A stretch of 22,141 nt of DNA from a virus (Duplodnaviria; Heunggongvirae; Uroviricota; Caudoviricetes): positions 1 through 22,141 of IMG/VR virus record IMGVR_UViG_2675903433_000026. One strand, written 5' to 3'. The notes beneath the pieces were generated by a model. The model was not told where the DNA came from and made no database searches. It saw only the letters and a list, made by a program, of their open reading frames with translations. The position numbers and the translations under genes were made by a program. Shown here piece after piece: positions 1 through 9,576 of this stretch; positions within the stretch are counted from its first letter, which is position 1, and each line of letters opens with the position of its first letter.

Positions 1-65
1 CGTTTCTGGCAGGAGTAAAAGCGCCAGATAAATTCAGGGCGTGCGCAAGGATTGGCATTAACCAT
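1..65 (-). CDS. Possible 5' end of a gene running off the left edge (N-terminus MVNANPCARPEFIWRFYSCQK...)
   Basis: ATG at 63-65 (minus) preceded by a GAGG Shine-Dalgarno-like sequence; frame stays open to the window edge; lies downstream of the operator at 366-398. Partial and unverified. Confidence 0.2.
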   Translation of the reverse strand, partial: MVNANPCARPEFIWRFYSCQK

Positions 66-365
66 AGTTACGGCCTCATGTACAGGTTTAACAACCTGCT
101 ACCCGCTGTCAAACAGGTGGCAGGACGTGACGGGGTTGACAGACTGGCGTACATGAAACCAGCAGGCCGAAGCCTCCCCATCACGCCCCACCATAATTCG
201 GGCGTAACGTGGTTTACGGACACAAAAATACCGCAATATCGGATATCTGCGGTTGTCCGCATGTACATTCAGGCTGTCAAACCCGGTCGCAGAATTTACT
301 ACGACGTAGGAACTATAAGCCTGAACAACAGGAAGATCAATAGTCTGGCGTTCGATGGTAGTTTA

Positions 366-398
366 TTTGCTCTAATAAATCAAATTTATTAGAGCAAT
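366..398. promoter_or_regulatory. Palindromic pair of C1-repressor-type operators, overlapping by 1 nt
   Basis: Minus-strand 17-mer at 382-398 is a 17/17 match to ATTGCTCTAATAAATTT; plus-strand 17-mer at 366-382 (TTTGCTCTAATAAATCA) matches 14/17. Together they form a 14-bp inverted repeat with a 3-bp spacer. Confidence 0.7.
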
Positions 399-444
399 AA
401 GCGGTGTCGTAAAAATCAATACAATCGCAATCATATGAATAGAA

Positions 445-1443
445 TCAATCATTACCGCGCGACGGTTTCTGCGTGATAAACGTTTCAAGCATCTTTTCCG
501 CAATTGCCGACCAGGTGTGACACTGGACCTTTTCAGCATTTTTCACGCGATCAACGCGAGCAATAACCTCATCCCAATCAATCCGCGACTTGATAACCAT
601 ATGGTTCACCAAAGCCAGGCGATCTGGCGGAAGGCAATCTGGCGGCGTTAATATCAACGCCCCACACATTGCCGCCTCAAGAACAGTTAATCCAAGGCTT
701 TCGGGATGCGTAACGATAAAAACGTCACTCTTACGCAATTCAGCTGCAAATTCGGTTGCTGGTACCGGCGTCCGTCTGTATGGAGTTACCGAAATATTCC
801 CCGGATCAATGGTAACCAATCCGTCATCGGTCAACGTTCTGGCCTCATACGGAACGGTCAGACGCTGAAGGTTCATAAGGATACTTAAGGAGTGATCAAA
901 CCCACTAACATCAAATGCAGCGTGGTCTACAAAAATACGCAGAACATCGTCTGTCTTGATTTCCAGATGGAACAGTTCCTGATTCGCTGCCCATCCAACA
1001 TGTTTGTTAAAGCGATTATGACGCTCTAACCTGCCGGGATTATCCAGGTACCGCCAGGTATCATCGCGGACAGTAAAAGTAATATCGACTGGTGCCGAAT
1101 CCAGCATAGAACCGTCATATACCTGGGCTACCCATCCAGAGAATCGGCGACACAGTTGCATGCCTATTTCCCTGGGTACCGTAGTAAAATACCTCAATCC
1201 TGGTGCCAAAATGGCCTTCGCAGAACATGCGGTCGCAGCAGTCAACACAGCTTCAACATAATCCTCCGGGCTTTCGACGCCAGGGGAATATGGACGATGG
1301 TATTGCAATGTTACCCCTGCCTCACTAAAGGCGCAGGCCAGGTTATAAGCCCACATTTCCGTATATGTTTTCACATCACTGATGGCTTCAAATTTTCGCC
1401 CAATGATCAGGATGTTCATCGGCTTTTCCTCATTCCATTGCAT
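445..1443 (-). CDS. GT-B fold glycosyltransferase-like protein (332 aa) in the 'downstream of ban' position
   Basis: ATG overlaps the ban stop (ATGA); AAGAGGA Shine-Dalgarno upstream. C-terminal HPESLGLTVLEAAMCGALIL resembles the GT4/GT1 E-x7-E donor-binding motif; N-terminal MNILIIG resembles a Rossmann start. Function assigned from motifs only. Confidence 0.55.
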   Translation of the reverse strand: MQWNEEKPMNILIIGRKFEAISDVKTYTEMWAYNLACAFSEAGVTLQYHRPYSPGVESPEDYVEAVLTAATACSAKAILAPGLRYFTTVPREIGMQLCRRFSGWVAQVYDGSMLDSAPVDITFTVRDDTWRYLDNPGRLERHNRFNKHVGWAANQELFHLEIKTDDVLRIFVDHAAFDVSGFDHSLSILMNLQRLTVPYEARTLTDDGLVTIDPGNISVTPYRRTPVPATEFAAELRKSDVFIVTHPESLGLTVLEAAMCGALILTPPDCLPPDRLALVNHMVIKSRIDWDEVIARVDRVKNAEKVQCHTWSAIAEKMLETFITQKPSRGND

Positions 1444-2807
1444 TAATAATCCTCTTGCCAGTCAGCACCGGCATAGTTATCAAACCGTGAGTATTGGCCG
1501 TTAAAAGCCAATCTCACCGTGCCAATTGGGCCATTTCGTTGCTTTCCGATAATTACCTCGGCAATGCCCTTCATTTCGCTATCCGGGTGATAAACTTCGT
1601 CGCGATACAGAAACATGATCAGGTCTGCGTCCTGCTCAATTGCTCCTGATTCACGTAAATCTGAATTTACCGGTCGTTTGTCCGCACGCTGTTCAAGCGA
1701 TCGATTAAGTTGTGACAATGCCACCACCGGTACTTGTAATTCCTTCGCCAACGCCTTCAGTGAGCGAGAAATCTCGGCAATTTCCAGCGTTCGGTTATCT
1801 TGCAGCTCGGGGACGCGCATAAGTTGCAGGTAGTCGATCATAATCATGCTCAAACCACCATTTTCTTTATAAACACGACGAGCGCGGGAACGAAGCTCTG
1901 TAGGTGTCAGGGCGCTTGAGTCATCAATAAAAATATTCTGCTTGTCCAACAGAATACCCATTGCGCCAGAAACCCGCGCCCAATCATCGTCGTTAAGTTG
2001 CCCCGTTCTAATACGAGTCTGATCAACGCGTGCAAGAGAAGCCAGTGAGCGCATCATCAGCTGGTGGCTCGGCATCTCAAGGCTAAAAACCAATACGGGC
2101 TTATCGTTACGAACTGCGGCATTTTCGACGAGATTCATCGCAAACGTGGTCTTCCCCATAGATGGGCGGGCGGCGACAATGATGAGATCGGACGGCTGAA
2201 GCCCCGCCGTCTTCTTATTGAGATCGGTAAATCCCGTATCAAGCCCCGTTACACCATCATGCGGTCGCTGAAACAACTCTTCTATGCGAGATACCGTTGC
2301 ATCGAGAATGCTGGCGATATCTTTTGGACCACTACCGCTCTTTTGTCGTTTTTCAGCTATTTCAAAAACGCGGCGCTCGGCCATATCCAGCAATTCATTG
2401 CTGCCCCTGCCATCCTGCGCATATCCAGCTTCGGCTATTTCATTTGCGACGGAAATCATTTCACGAACAACCGCGCGTTCACGAACGATATCCGCATAAG
2501 CACAAATATTTGCCGCGCTGGGCGTGTTCTTTGACATCTCCGCAAGGTACGCAAAACCACCGGCGCGTTCTAATTTACCGTTCTGTTCAAGTGCTTCAGC
2601 AAGTGTTATCAAATCAATCGGTTTGCCATGACTTAATAACCTCTCCATCTCACTGAAAATTTCACGATGAGCACTGGTATAAAAATCATCAGCAACTATA
2701 CGATCTGCAACTTCATCCCAGCGGCAGTTATCAAGCATTAAGCCACCAAGCACAGCTTGTTCTGCACTAAGGGAATTTGGCATGGATTCAAGAGGGGATG
2801 CAGACAT
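1443..2807 (-). CDS. ban: Replicative DNA helicase, DnaB family (Ban-like, 454 aa from the ATG at 2807)
   Basis: Walker A ARPSMGKTTFAMN, DnaB N-terminal domain (AEQAVLGGLMLD...), conserved RecA-like core. GGTGGAG Shine-Dalgarno before the ATG at 2807; the ORF track extends to a TTG at 2822. Confidence 0.9.
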   Translation of the reverse strand: MSASPLESMPNSLSAEQAVLGGLMLDNCRWDEVADRIVADDFYTSAHREIFSEMERLLSHGKPIDLITLAEALEQNGKLERAGGFAYLAEMSKNTPSAANICAYADIVRERAVVREMISVANEIAEAGYAQDGRGSNELLDMAERRVFEIAEKRQKSGSGPKDIASILDATVSRIEELFQRPHDGVTGLDTGFTDLNKKTAGLQPSDLIIVAARPSMGKTTFAMNLVENAAVRNDKPVLVFSLEMPSHQLMMRSLASLARVDQTRIRTGQLNDDDWARVSGAMGILLDKQNIFIDDSSALTPTELRSRARRVYKENGGLSMIMIDYLQLMRVPELQDNRTLEIAEISRSLKALAKELQVPVVALSQLNRSLEQRADKRPVNSDLRESGAIEQDADLIMFLYRDEVYHPDSEMKGIAEVIIGKQRNGPIGTVRLAFNGQYSRFDNYAGADWQEDY

Positions 2808-3087
2808 TAGCACTCCACCCAAGCGTGCTGAATGTCAGATATAATCGGCATACTCAAATCACTCCTAACGATATGAGTCATCACCAGAAAATCAGGATTA
2901 ATTCGCCGGACTCTTCCCGGCTGTCACACCGAATCGCCAGGATGGTGAATCCGCAGTCCGACGCTATGAACGGGGCTTGCACATTCCGGCTACCTGGTTT
3001 GTTGCCTGAGCTAGGGGAAAGGTTACCCCTTTAACGTCACCAGACCGCTAACGACGCATGTGCCAGACGCCGTGTTACAACCAAATA

Positions 3088-3163
3088 TGGTGGCCCCTAC
3101 CGGACTTGAACCGGTGACCGTGCGATTATGAGTCGCCAGCTCTAACCACTGAGCTAAAGGGCC
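3088..3163 (-). tRNA. tRNA with CAU anticodon, most similar in pattern to the lysidine-type tRNA-Ile2 (ileX-like); tRNA-Met not excluded
   Basis: 76-nt cloverleaf read on the minus strand: acceptor GGCCCTT/AGGGGCC, anticodon arm GGCGACTCATAATCGC, T-loop TTCAAGT, encoded CCA. Confidence 0.85.
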
Positions 3164-3190
3164 GGATTACTGCCAATTTTGCTTACGCTT

Positions 3191-4018
3191 TTATTTCACC
3201 GGAACAAACGGAACAGCGGTATTACTGGTCATATACTTCGGTAATGTACCGTTCCATTTGTTGATCGCTTCCAAGTCCATAACACCTGGGTTCTGGCGCA
3301 GAGCTTCACCACGTAAACGAATGGCATCAGCTTCGGCCTGGGCTTTTGTGCGAATAGCATCAGCCTGTCCGGCAGCTTCCGCGCGCAGCATGTTGGCCTC
3401 TGCTTCACGTTGTTTGACCTCTTGCTCGCGTTGCAGGGTTTTTTGGTTTGCCGTGACTTTGGCGTTAATACTGTCAATAACTGTTGGCGGGTATTCTGGC
3501 TTACCTACATAAGAGAGGCTCATCACCTGAATGCCGATTGGCGTCATTTCTTCCTGAATGTCTTTAAGGGCTGCATCAAGCAATTCAGATTTGCCACCGT
3601 CGATAAATTTGTCGGTGGTCATTTTGCTGGCTAATCGGTTCAGAGCATCTGCAACCTTCTGGCGTAGATCGGTATCAGTAATATCATCTACACCTTTGCG
3701 ATAGGTCTGAAATACCGTTGTGACTTTTGCTGGATCAACCTTGTAGGCTACGCCGATGTGGTAACCAATGGTTGTTCCGTCGCTCATCTGGAAGCTGAAC
3801 GGCTCATCGTATGTCTTCATTTGCTTAAAGGTCGGGAAGATATAAACTTCAGTATTCAAGCCTGTCCAGTAGCGACCAACGCCAACTACTTCACCGATAC
3901 CTTTATCATCCCCCAGCTTATTTACTTTGATCCCTACGTTACCTGGCTCTACCCGATCGCATCCGGTCAGACATAAAGAACCCAAAATAATCGCTGCACT
4001 AATCAACGTTTTTTTCAT
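3191..4018 (-). CDS. plp: Lipoprotein, SPFH/band-7-like (plp-like, 275 aa)
   Basis: Signal peptide with lipobox LTGC (MKKTLISAAIILGSLCLTGC); C-terminal coiled-coil Ala/Glu-rich region; AGGAAA Shine-Dalgarno. Gene symbol is by position and similarity to the P1 arrangement. Confidence 0.7.
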   Translation of the reverse strand: MKKTLISAAIILGSLCLTGCDRVEPGNVGIKVNKLGDDKGIGEVVGVGRYWTGLNTEVYIFPTFKQMKTYDEPFSFQMSDGTTIGYHIGVAYKVDPAKVTTVFQTYRKGVDDITDTDLRQKVADALNRLASKMTTDKFIDGGKSELLDAALKDIQEEMTPIGIQVMSLSYVGKPEYPPTVIDSINAKVTANQKTLQREQEVKQREAEANMLRAEAAGQADAIRTKAQAEADAIRLRGEALRQNPGVMDLEAINKWNGTLPKYMTSNTAVPFVPVK

Positions 4019-4235
4019 TAATTAATTTCCTGGTTTTTTCACGAAAAAAGACTACTGCGAAAGCCGGGTAAATGAGCGCGAGAAGGACTCCCAACAATAC
4101 AAGTATTGTGCTGTTAGATGAGATCATATTTGGCAAAAGCCAAACATACAGAACCAGTGACACAATCAAACAGAGGACGGCATAAATATATAACCGCACC
4201 CATAGCGTTCGACATTTGTTCGGATTGTTCTGCAT
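3999..4235 (-). CDS. Small two-helix membrane protein (upl-like, 78 aa)
   Basis: Two hydrophobic stretches (IYAVLCLIVSLVLYVWLL and ILVLLGVLLALIYPAFAVVFF); GGAG Shine-Dalgarno; overlaps the plp start by 20 nt. Confidence 0.5.
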   Translation of the reverse strand: MQNNPNKCRTLWVRLYIYAVLCLIVSLVLYVWLLPNMISSNSTILVLLGVLLALIYPAFAVVFFREKTRKLINEKNVD

Positions 4236-4464
4236 CCTCTCACTCCATTATTTAACGAATAAAAAAGCTGCGGTGCCGGGTTCCTCCCGGTGTCCTTTGG
4301 CTGGTTATCCACCGTGGACGTGGAAACAAGGAGAAATAATGGACAGATATAACCATTTCCCCGCGTGCGCTTAGCCGCATTCACCGCAACGGAAAGAGCA
4401 TTCTTGGTGGACCTGTAGATTGGGATATGAACCCGTTACAGGAGAATGCTCTTACCTGTTATGT

Positions 4465-4540
4465 TGGTGCCGATTAACGGGATCGAACCGCTGACCATTC
4501 GCTTACAAAGCGACTGCTCTACCAACTGAGCTAAATCGGC
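4465..4540 (-). tRNA. tRNA-Thr (anticodon UGU)
   Basis: 76-nt cloverleaf: acceptor GCCGATT/AATCGGC, anticodon loop TTTGTAA, T-loop TTCGATC, encoded CCA. Confidence 0.85.
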
Positions 4541-4544
4541 AATG

Positions 4545-4631
4545 TGGTGGGGAGTGATGGAGTCGAACCACCCGAGTCGCAATGACAGTAGATTTACAGT
4601 CTACCCCGCTACCCCTACGGACTAACTCCCC
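4545..4631 (-). tRNA. Type II tRNA with GUA anticodon (tRNA-Tyr-like) with a long variable arm and atypical D arm
   Basis: 87 nt: acceptor GGGGAGT/ACTCCCC, anticodon stem GTAGA/TCTAC with loop CTGTAAA, long variable stem-loop (GTC ATTGC GAC), T-loop TTCGACT, encoded CCA. The D-arm pairing is non-canonical, so identity is less certain. Confidence 0.6.
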
Positions 4632-4636
4632 TAAAG

Positions 4637-4711
4637 TGGCGATGGTGGGTGGATTCGAACTACCGACCAGTTGGTTAACAGCCAACTGCTCTACCGCTGA
4701 GCTACACCATC
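4637..4711 (-). tRNA. tRNA-Asn (anticodon GUU)
   Basis: 75 nt: acceptor GATGGTG/CACCATC, anticodon stem GTTGG/CCAAC with loop CTGTTAA, T-loop TTCGAAT, encoded CCA. Confidence 0.85.
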
Positions 4712-5379
4712 ACTTGCCGGGTACGTCTCCGGCGAGGGCTTCCACCTCCGTATGCTTTTCGGCGCACCGCGCCATGGCTGCAATTCGGTAACAGGGGATG
4801 CATAACCCTGGCTTCCAGCGTGATTAGCGCCTTCAGCATGACGGGATATACCCGTAAATTCGTGGAACTGTACCCAAAGTGCTGTTAAGCACCGCTGTTA
4901 CGCTGAAAAGAAAACGCAACAGGAAAGGACGCTGACCAACAGATGGCCCCTTCTCGTTCATCTGGTTAATCACACCAGCGCCCTTACCTGTTGTGCCTCC
5001 CCGTTCCCTAATACACAGACGGGGACACTCTGCGGTCGATTTTTTGACGGGGGACGACTCATACCCCATGGCATCTGGCTTCTTAGGCCGCTACCATCAT
5101 CAGATCATCGTTTGCATTTACTTTAATGGTCAGTTTCTAAACCGCCGCAAAGTCGCTAACCATGACGAAAACCCTGAAAAAAACGCCCACCCGAAGATGG
5201 GCAAACTGGACGCTCGTAACGCACTTCGGCGTTGCCACTTAGGCGCATGGTCAACCTGGCAACTCGGCGTCATGATGGGGAAGGAGTCACTACCCCGCCA
5301 TACTTGCCGCCGCGCCTGTCGCGGCTAACAGCTAAATCGCTCTATAAATCACGATTCATTGAGTCGATATTACACTAAT

Positions 5380-5396
5380 AAATTTATTAGAGCAAT
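5380..5396 (-). promoter_or_regulatory. C1-repressor-type operator (17/17 match) followed by a TAATAT -10-like hexamer, at the head of the tRNA-upl-plp-tRNA-ban operon
   Basis: Minus strand reads ATTGCTCTAATAAATTT then attagtg TAATAT; the operator overlaps the last codons and stop of the methyltransferase gene. Confidence 0.7.
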
Positions 5397-8300
5397 ATAG
5401 CTATAACGTCATGAGCAACACCTCGAGTGTCTCCCTTACAAGACACAGAACGTCTGGCAAAAAGAGGTTCCACTCTGAAGCCACTGTCATGATAAAGCTC
5501 TCTGATGTTTGGCGCGCCACTGTTAGTAATGAGAACTTTCGCACCTCGACGATGAGCATCCGTCAACAGAGACACCAGGCGTTTTTGCTCTTCAAACTTA
5601 AAGTCATGACCGGAATAGTTCGTGAATCCCTCTGTATTTGGAAGCGGTTCATACGGCGGATCGCAAAAGATGACATCTCCTTCTCCGGCAGCTTCAATCA
5701 CCGCTGCAAAATCACCGCATACAAACTCAGACCGCCCTTCCGCACCGAGGAAGGCTTCCATCTCCTGTAATGGGAAATACGGAGTTTTATACTTCCCATA
5801 ACCGACATTGAACTCACCGGCCTGGTTGTAACGCGTCAATCCGTTAAAACAATGTCGGTTCAGGAACAAAAACGCCGCTGCGCGATGTAAATCATCATAG
5901 ACTTGTTTGTTAAACGCATTCCGTACTGCCAGGTATCCTTCCTGTGTGTTGTAGTCCTGGAAGAAACGATGTGCCAGAGTGATAAGTGAATGCGCCTCGC
6001 GTTGCAGAGTCTTGTAAAAGTTAATCAGGTCAGCATTCACATCATTTAGCAGATTTTCCTGGTATCCGGCATTCATGAAGACAGCTCCGCCACCAACGAA
6101 AGGTTCAATCAGGCGCTTCCCTTCTGGCAAATAGCGAAAGATTTGTTCCAGAACACCAAATTTTCCACCAGCCCATTTGAATATGGACCGTTCGAATTCT
6201 GCCGCTGGTTTAACTTTTCGCTCTTTTGTTTCACTCCCTTCCTTCTGCCGACATGCAGCCTTGGCAATCCGATCGCCAATCCAGCGCATTACTGGTATCG
6301 CCATACTATTGCCGATCGCTTTGTAACGCGGTCCGTCAGCTGCAAGCATCGCGGCCTCTTCTTCGCTTAAATCTGGATAGTGATTGCGAAGATATGCCAG
6401 TTCATCTGAATTAACTTTTTTACGCTTTTCCGTCGGGATCAACGTATGCCCATCAGGAAAACCTTGCAGCCTTTCACATTCGACAGGGGTAAGACGGCGG
6501 ACAGCTACTTCTGCGTTTCTTACTTCATAGCAAACAGCTGTTGGATTTTTAGCCATTAGAGATGGTGAAGTATTCTTAGTTGCAGCATGTTGTGTACCGC
6601 TCATACGCTCAGGAAAAGCCAATGTAACAAGATGCTCATGGCTTTCTTGCTCACGTGCCCGCAATGTACCATGCCCTTCTGACCAAAAACCTGCTCCTGT
6701 GCTGCTAAAAACGGCAAGGTCAGTGGCATCTTTAAAATCTCTTGCCTTTACTGTCGATGCGGTTTCATCGTCAATATATTCCCCAAATGCTGCCATCCTG
6801 AAAGCGTTTACGGCTTTCGTCGATTTCATACTGGGTGGCATGTCAGCGTGTAGGCATGGATTTAGGCTTTCGCCACTGATTGCAGCGCCATTTGCAATAA
6901 TGGCGGAAGCGATTTCCTTCTTTTTTCGGCTCGGCGCAATATTCCGGCGCACGCCTTCGAACTCAAAAAGTACCGTTGCGGGATCGAGGTCTGTTCGAGC
7001 ACTTGCGACAACAAACACGCGTCGGCGTCGTTGTGCCACTCCGAAGTATTGGGCATCAAGGATTCTCCAGGCCACCTTTCGCTGCGGTCCATAAATACAA
7101 CCACACTGCGGCCACTTTGGAGCATGGCAACCGGTTTTGCCATCCCACCGCCAGAACGCGTTACTTTTTCCTGATTCAGGTCGATCACCTGGTTCAAATG
7201 GCGCATCTTCTCCAGCCAATCCGGCAAGGAAACATCCGAAGGCGTTATCTGCCGATGACAAGACTCCTGGGACATTTTCCCAGACGATAACGGATGGTTT
7301 GAGAAATGACTCAGCCCGTTTGTCGTCAACTGCATTTGCAAGCTCCACATACTTTAAAGTTAGCGCGCCACGCTCATCATCAAGCCCACCACGTAATCCC
7401 GCGATACTGAATGCCTGACAGTTATGGACCACCGCACCATTGAGGATATAGGAATGATCACCTTCGACTTCTATGTTGTATACAGTATCTAGGCCTACCG
7501 ATTTAAACTCTTTGACTGTTCGTAAAAGCATTCCATGAGCCAATCTTGATTTACGTGACAATTTCTGCGGGCAGATTGTTACCTGATAATAATTCCGTTG
7601 ATTTACCACGCGATCCTCGATCACTTTTTTGGGCTCAACTTCAATAAAGCTGACCGAAGAAACATAACCACAAGTCTGTGACAACCCCGCAACGCCCCAA
7701 GCAAGCGCAGAACTAACACTATTAATTCTAAATCCCGCTTTACCACTTGGTGTCCCATCAGTATCAAGATAGCCTTGTAAAAACACATGACGCAATGGAT
7801 GCGACATCACCCATGCAGGGATACGCTTAGCATGGCTTAACTCGCCAAAATGTTCATTAAGCCAATTGGCATAACACGTATCATTCAAGGTTACTTTGAT
7901 GCTCCCTCGGATTTCGCTTGCCACGGAAAATATGTTTTCTGGTATGCGGCAATGAAACTTTCTCAATTTCTGGCAATTTATGCCAAAAACAACCGCCTTC
8001 TTAGATTTACCTCTCCATCTCCTAATATATCCATCGCCAACATAAGCGCCCGCAAGATACATAGCCTGTTCTTCAGACAAGAACCGAGAACAAATATCTG
8101 GAAATGCAATATTGAAATTAGTTAGAGCGCACCATTGATATCCCGGCATATCACATGCTGCTCGCCATTCCGGTTCAGACAACAACTCTCTCTTAAAATA
8201 TGTGCCATTTTTCCGGGTGTTTTGGGCTTTCCACCGAACAGCCAGGAAGGGATGGTCATTGGTTGTTCTTATACCTAAAGGCTGCCCAACGGCATTAAGT

Positions 8301-8674
8301 AACCCCGTATTAGCTATTTTTGAACCAACTCTTTTTACTTGTTGTAACCGCCCGAGATGACTGACTACGTAATCGCCAGGGCAAACATCTTCTATTGGTT
8401 TATAACCATTTTTACAAAGAACCATATGCCCCGCGGTAAAACATGGTGTCCCTCCCACCAGCACATCAGGGGCTTCAATTTCTCCAGCCTGGACTTTTTG
8501 GGCGAGTTTTGTCATGTCGCCAAGGTTGGCGACATGGGGCCAGCGGAGCGCAAGAACGGCCGATGGAAAAGGCTCGATTTCAGCAAACCACGCCGGACGC
8601 ATACCCAACGGTTCCCAGGCAATACTCGCGGCTTCAATTCCACTGCAAACAGATCCATAGCACAGCTCTTTCAC
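5387..8674 (-). CDS. dmt: Bifunctional DNA methyltransferase: N-terminal C5-cytosine MTase domain interrupted by an intein, C-terminal Dam-like N6-adenine MTase domain (1095-aa precursor; 754 aa after intein removal)
   Basis: C5-MTase motifs GGTP|CQAFSIAG (motif IV, split by the insertion), VWENVPG (ENV), QRRRRVF. C-terminal Dam-type motifs [10 protein letters not shown] (AdoMet binding) and DPPY. GGAGAGG Shine-Dalgarno. Confidence 0.9.
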   Translation of the reverse strand: MKELCYGSVCSGIEAASIAWEPLGMRPAWFAEIEPFPSAVLALRWPHVANLGDMTKLAQKVQAGEIEAPDVLVGGTPCFTAGHMVLCKNGYKPIEDVCPGDYVVSHLGRLQQVKRVGSKIANTGLLNAVGQPLGIRTTNDHPFLAVRWKAQNTRKNGTYFKRELLSEPEWRAACDMPGYQWCALTNFNIAFPDICSRFLSEEQAMYLAGAYVGDGYIRRWRGKSKKAVVFGINCQKLRKFHCRIPENIFSVASEIRGSIKVTLNDTCYANWLNEHFGELSHAKRIPAWVMSHPLRHVFLQGYLDTDGTPSGKAGFRINSVSSALAWGVAGLSQTCGYVSSVSFIEVEPKKVIEDRVVNQRNYYQVTICPQKLSRKSRLAHGMLLRTVKEFKSVGLDTVYNIEVEGDHSYILNGAVVHNCQAFSIAGLRGGLDDERGALTLKYVELANAVDDKRAESFLKPSVIVWENVPGVLSSADNAFGCFLAGLAGEDAPFEPGDRPESGKSNAFWRWDGKTGCHAPKWPQCGCIYGPQRKVAWRILDAQYFGVAQRRRRVFVVASARTDLDPATVLFEFEGVRRNIAPSRKKKEIASAIIANGAAISGESLNPCLHADMPPSMKSTKAVNAFRMAAFGEYIDDETASTVKARDFKDATDLAVFSSTGAGFWSEGHGTLRAREQESHEHLVTLAFPERMSGTQHAATKNTSPSLMAKNPTAVCYEVRNAEVAVRRLTPVECERLQGFPDGHTLIPTEKRKKVNSDELAYLRNHYPDLSEEEAAMLAADGPRYKAIGNSMAIPVMRWIGDRIAKAACRQKEGSETKERKVKPAAEFERSIFKWAGGKFGVLEQIFRYLPEGKRLIEPFVGGGAVFMNAGYQENLLNDVNADLINFYKTLQREAHSLITLAHRFFQDYNTQEGYLAVRNAFNKQVYDDLHRAAAFLFLNRHCFNGLTRYNQAGEFNVGYGKYKTPYFPLQEMEAFLGAEGRSEFVCGDFAAVIEAAGEGDVIFCDPPYEPLPNTEGFTNYSGHDFKFEEQKRLVSLLTDAHRRGAKVLITNSGAPNIRELYHDSGFRVEPLFARRSVSCKGDTRGVAHDVIAILL
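7421..8443 (-). mobile_element. Intein (341 aa) with LAGLIDADG homing-endonuclease domain, inserted before the catalytic Cys of the C5-MTase PC motif
   Basis: Starts CFTAGHMVL (block A, Cys1), block B TTNDH, two LAGLIDADG motifs ([11 protein letters not shown] and [11 protein letters not shown]), C-terminal [21 protein letters not shown] followed by the +1 Cys of CQAFS. Junction codons checked on the sequence (Pro TGG-rc at 8444-8446, Cys 8441-8443, His-Asn 7421-7426, +1 Cys 7418-7420). Confidence 0.85.
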
Positions 8675-9576
8675 TGCTTAGCCTCTCCGCCAAGGGCATT
8701 TACCAGAGCATCAACCAGGCACGAAATTTCACTGGTCAACAGGAAGAAATCTGCGTCCAGTCGCTGCGCAACATCTTCACTATCAATATCAGAGTTCTGC
8801 TCAAGCAATTCATCCGCAAATTTGACGCTGGTAAGGCTGAAGTTATGGTCCAGTGTAAATTTAATGCGGTTCTGCCAGTCGAGTGCCAACTTAGTGACGA
8901 GCTTGCCAGCTTCCAGGTGTGTGGAAATTTCATCGCTTCCCAAATCCTGCTTTTTCACTCGGGCAATACCGCCATCCTCAAGCACTGCCTTAAGTTCTGC
9001 CGCATCCCCCATTTGAAATCCCTGTGGAGCACTACCATCACGTACCCAGTCGGTCAGCGTTAATTCAATGGGATTTTCAACACTCAGGGGAACAGCAGGA
9101 AGAGAACCCAGAGACTTACGCATAAGCGCGAGCATATCCTCTGCCTGCCGCGCGCTGGCATTGATATAGATACGTTTAGTTGAACCGTCGTAGATCGCCT
9201 GGATAACAGAAAACTTTGAAAAAGCCCGTGGCAGAAGAGAATGCAGAACTTCGTCTTTCAGGGAGTCCTTCTCTGTTTTCTTCAGTTTACGCGCTTGTTC
9301 TTGCTCAAGTTTTTCAATTTTTTCTTGAATAGCTCGCTGGATAACCGGCGGGGGAAGAATTTTTGTTTCGCGCTTTGCTTCAACAAGGATAAAACCATTT
9401 CCATGCATAGCGATAACTTCGGAATTATCACCAAATGGCGATACAAAACCGAACTTGGCCATATCCTGACTACCGCATGGCGTGAAAAGGATCATTTTCT
9501 TTTTATCTTCTAAGTCGGTCAGATCCGCCTCACGAGAAAGTTTATAAATAGTAATGTTTTTCCAGTGCTTAAACAT
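8671..9576 (-). CDS. hrdC: Recombination-associated protein RdgC homologue
   Basis: Near-colinear similarity to E. coli RdgC from the internal Met ([16 protein letters not shown]..., [54 protein letters not shown]); AAGGG Shine-Dalgarno before the ATG at 9576. The ORF track extends further upstream to 9690. Confidence 0.88.
   Translation of the reverse strand: MFKHWKNITIYKLSREADLTDLEDKKKMILFTPCGSQDMAKFGFVSPFGDNSEVIAMHGNGFILVEAKRETKILPPPVIQRAIQEKIEKLEQEQARKLKKTEKDSLKDEVLHSLLPRAFSKFSVIQAIYDGSTKRIYINASARQAEDMLALMRKSLGSLPAVPLSVENPIELTLTDWVRDGSAPQGFQMGDAAELKAVLEDGGIARVKKQDLGSDEISTHLEAGKLVTKLALDWQNRIKFTLDHNFSLTSVKFADELLEQNSDIDSEDVAQRLDADFFLLTSEISCLVDALVNALGGEAKQ

Noticed and set aside
78-392. 104-aa plus-strand ORF and overlapping 66-aa minus ORF (68-268)
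   Set aside because: Both run through the operator/promoter region and have no ribosome-binding sites or recognisable features. The more plausible gene here is the minus-strand ORF beginning at 65 and leaving the window.
3088-3163. tRNA as a possible integration attachment site marking a genomic island boundary
   Set aside because: No integrase or direct-repeat duplication of the tRNA 3' end is present, and the tRNA is embedded in a phage operon between ban and plp. With the partition and replication genes, this points to an extrachromosomal plasmid-prophage rather than a tRNA-integrated island.
4833-5328. ORFs 4833-5069 (minus) and 4993-5328 (plus) in the tRNA operon leader
   Set aside because: Low-complexity, Arg/Pro-rich translations with no start context, consistent with non-coding leader sequence.
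5411-8125. Several plus-strand ORFs (5411-5770, 6699-7094, 6976-7290, 7137-7418, 7850-8125) and minus ORF 6862-7350 within the methyltransferase locus
   Set aside because: All lie inside or antisense to the 1095-aa methyltransferase/intein reading frame, which has strong motif support. They have no independent start signals.
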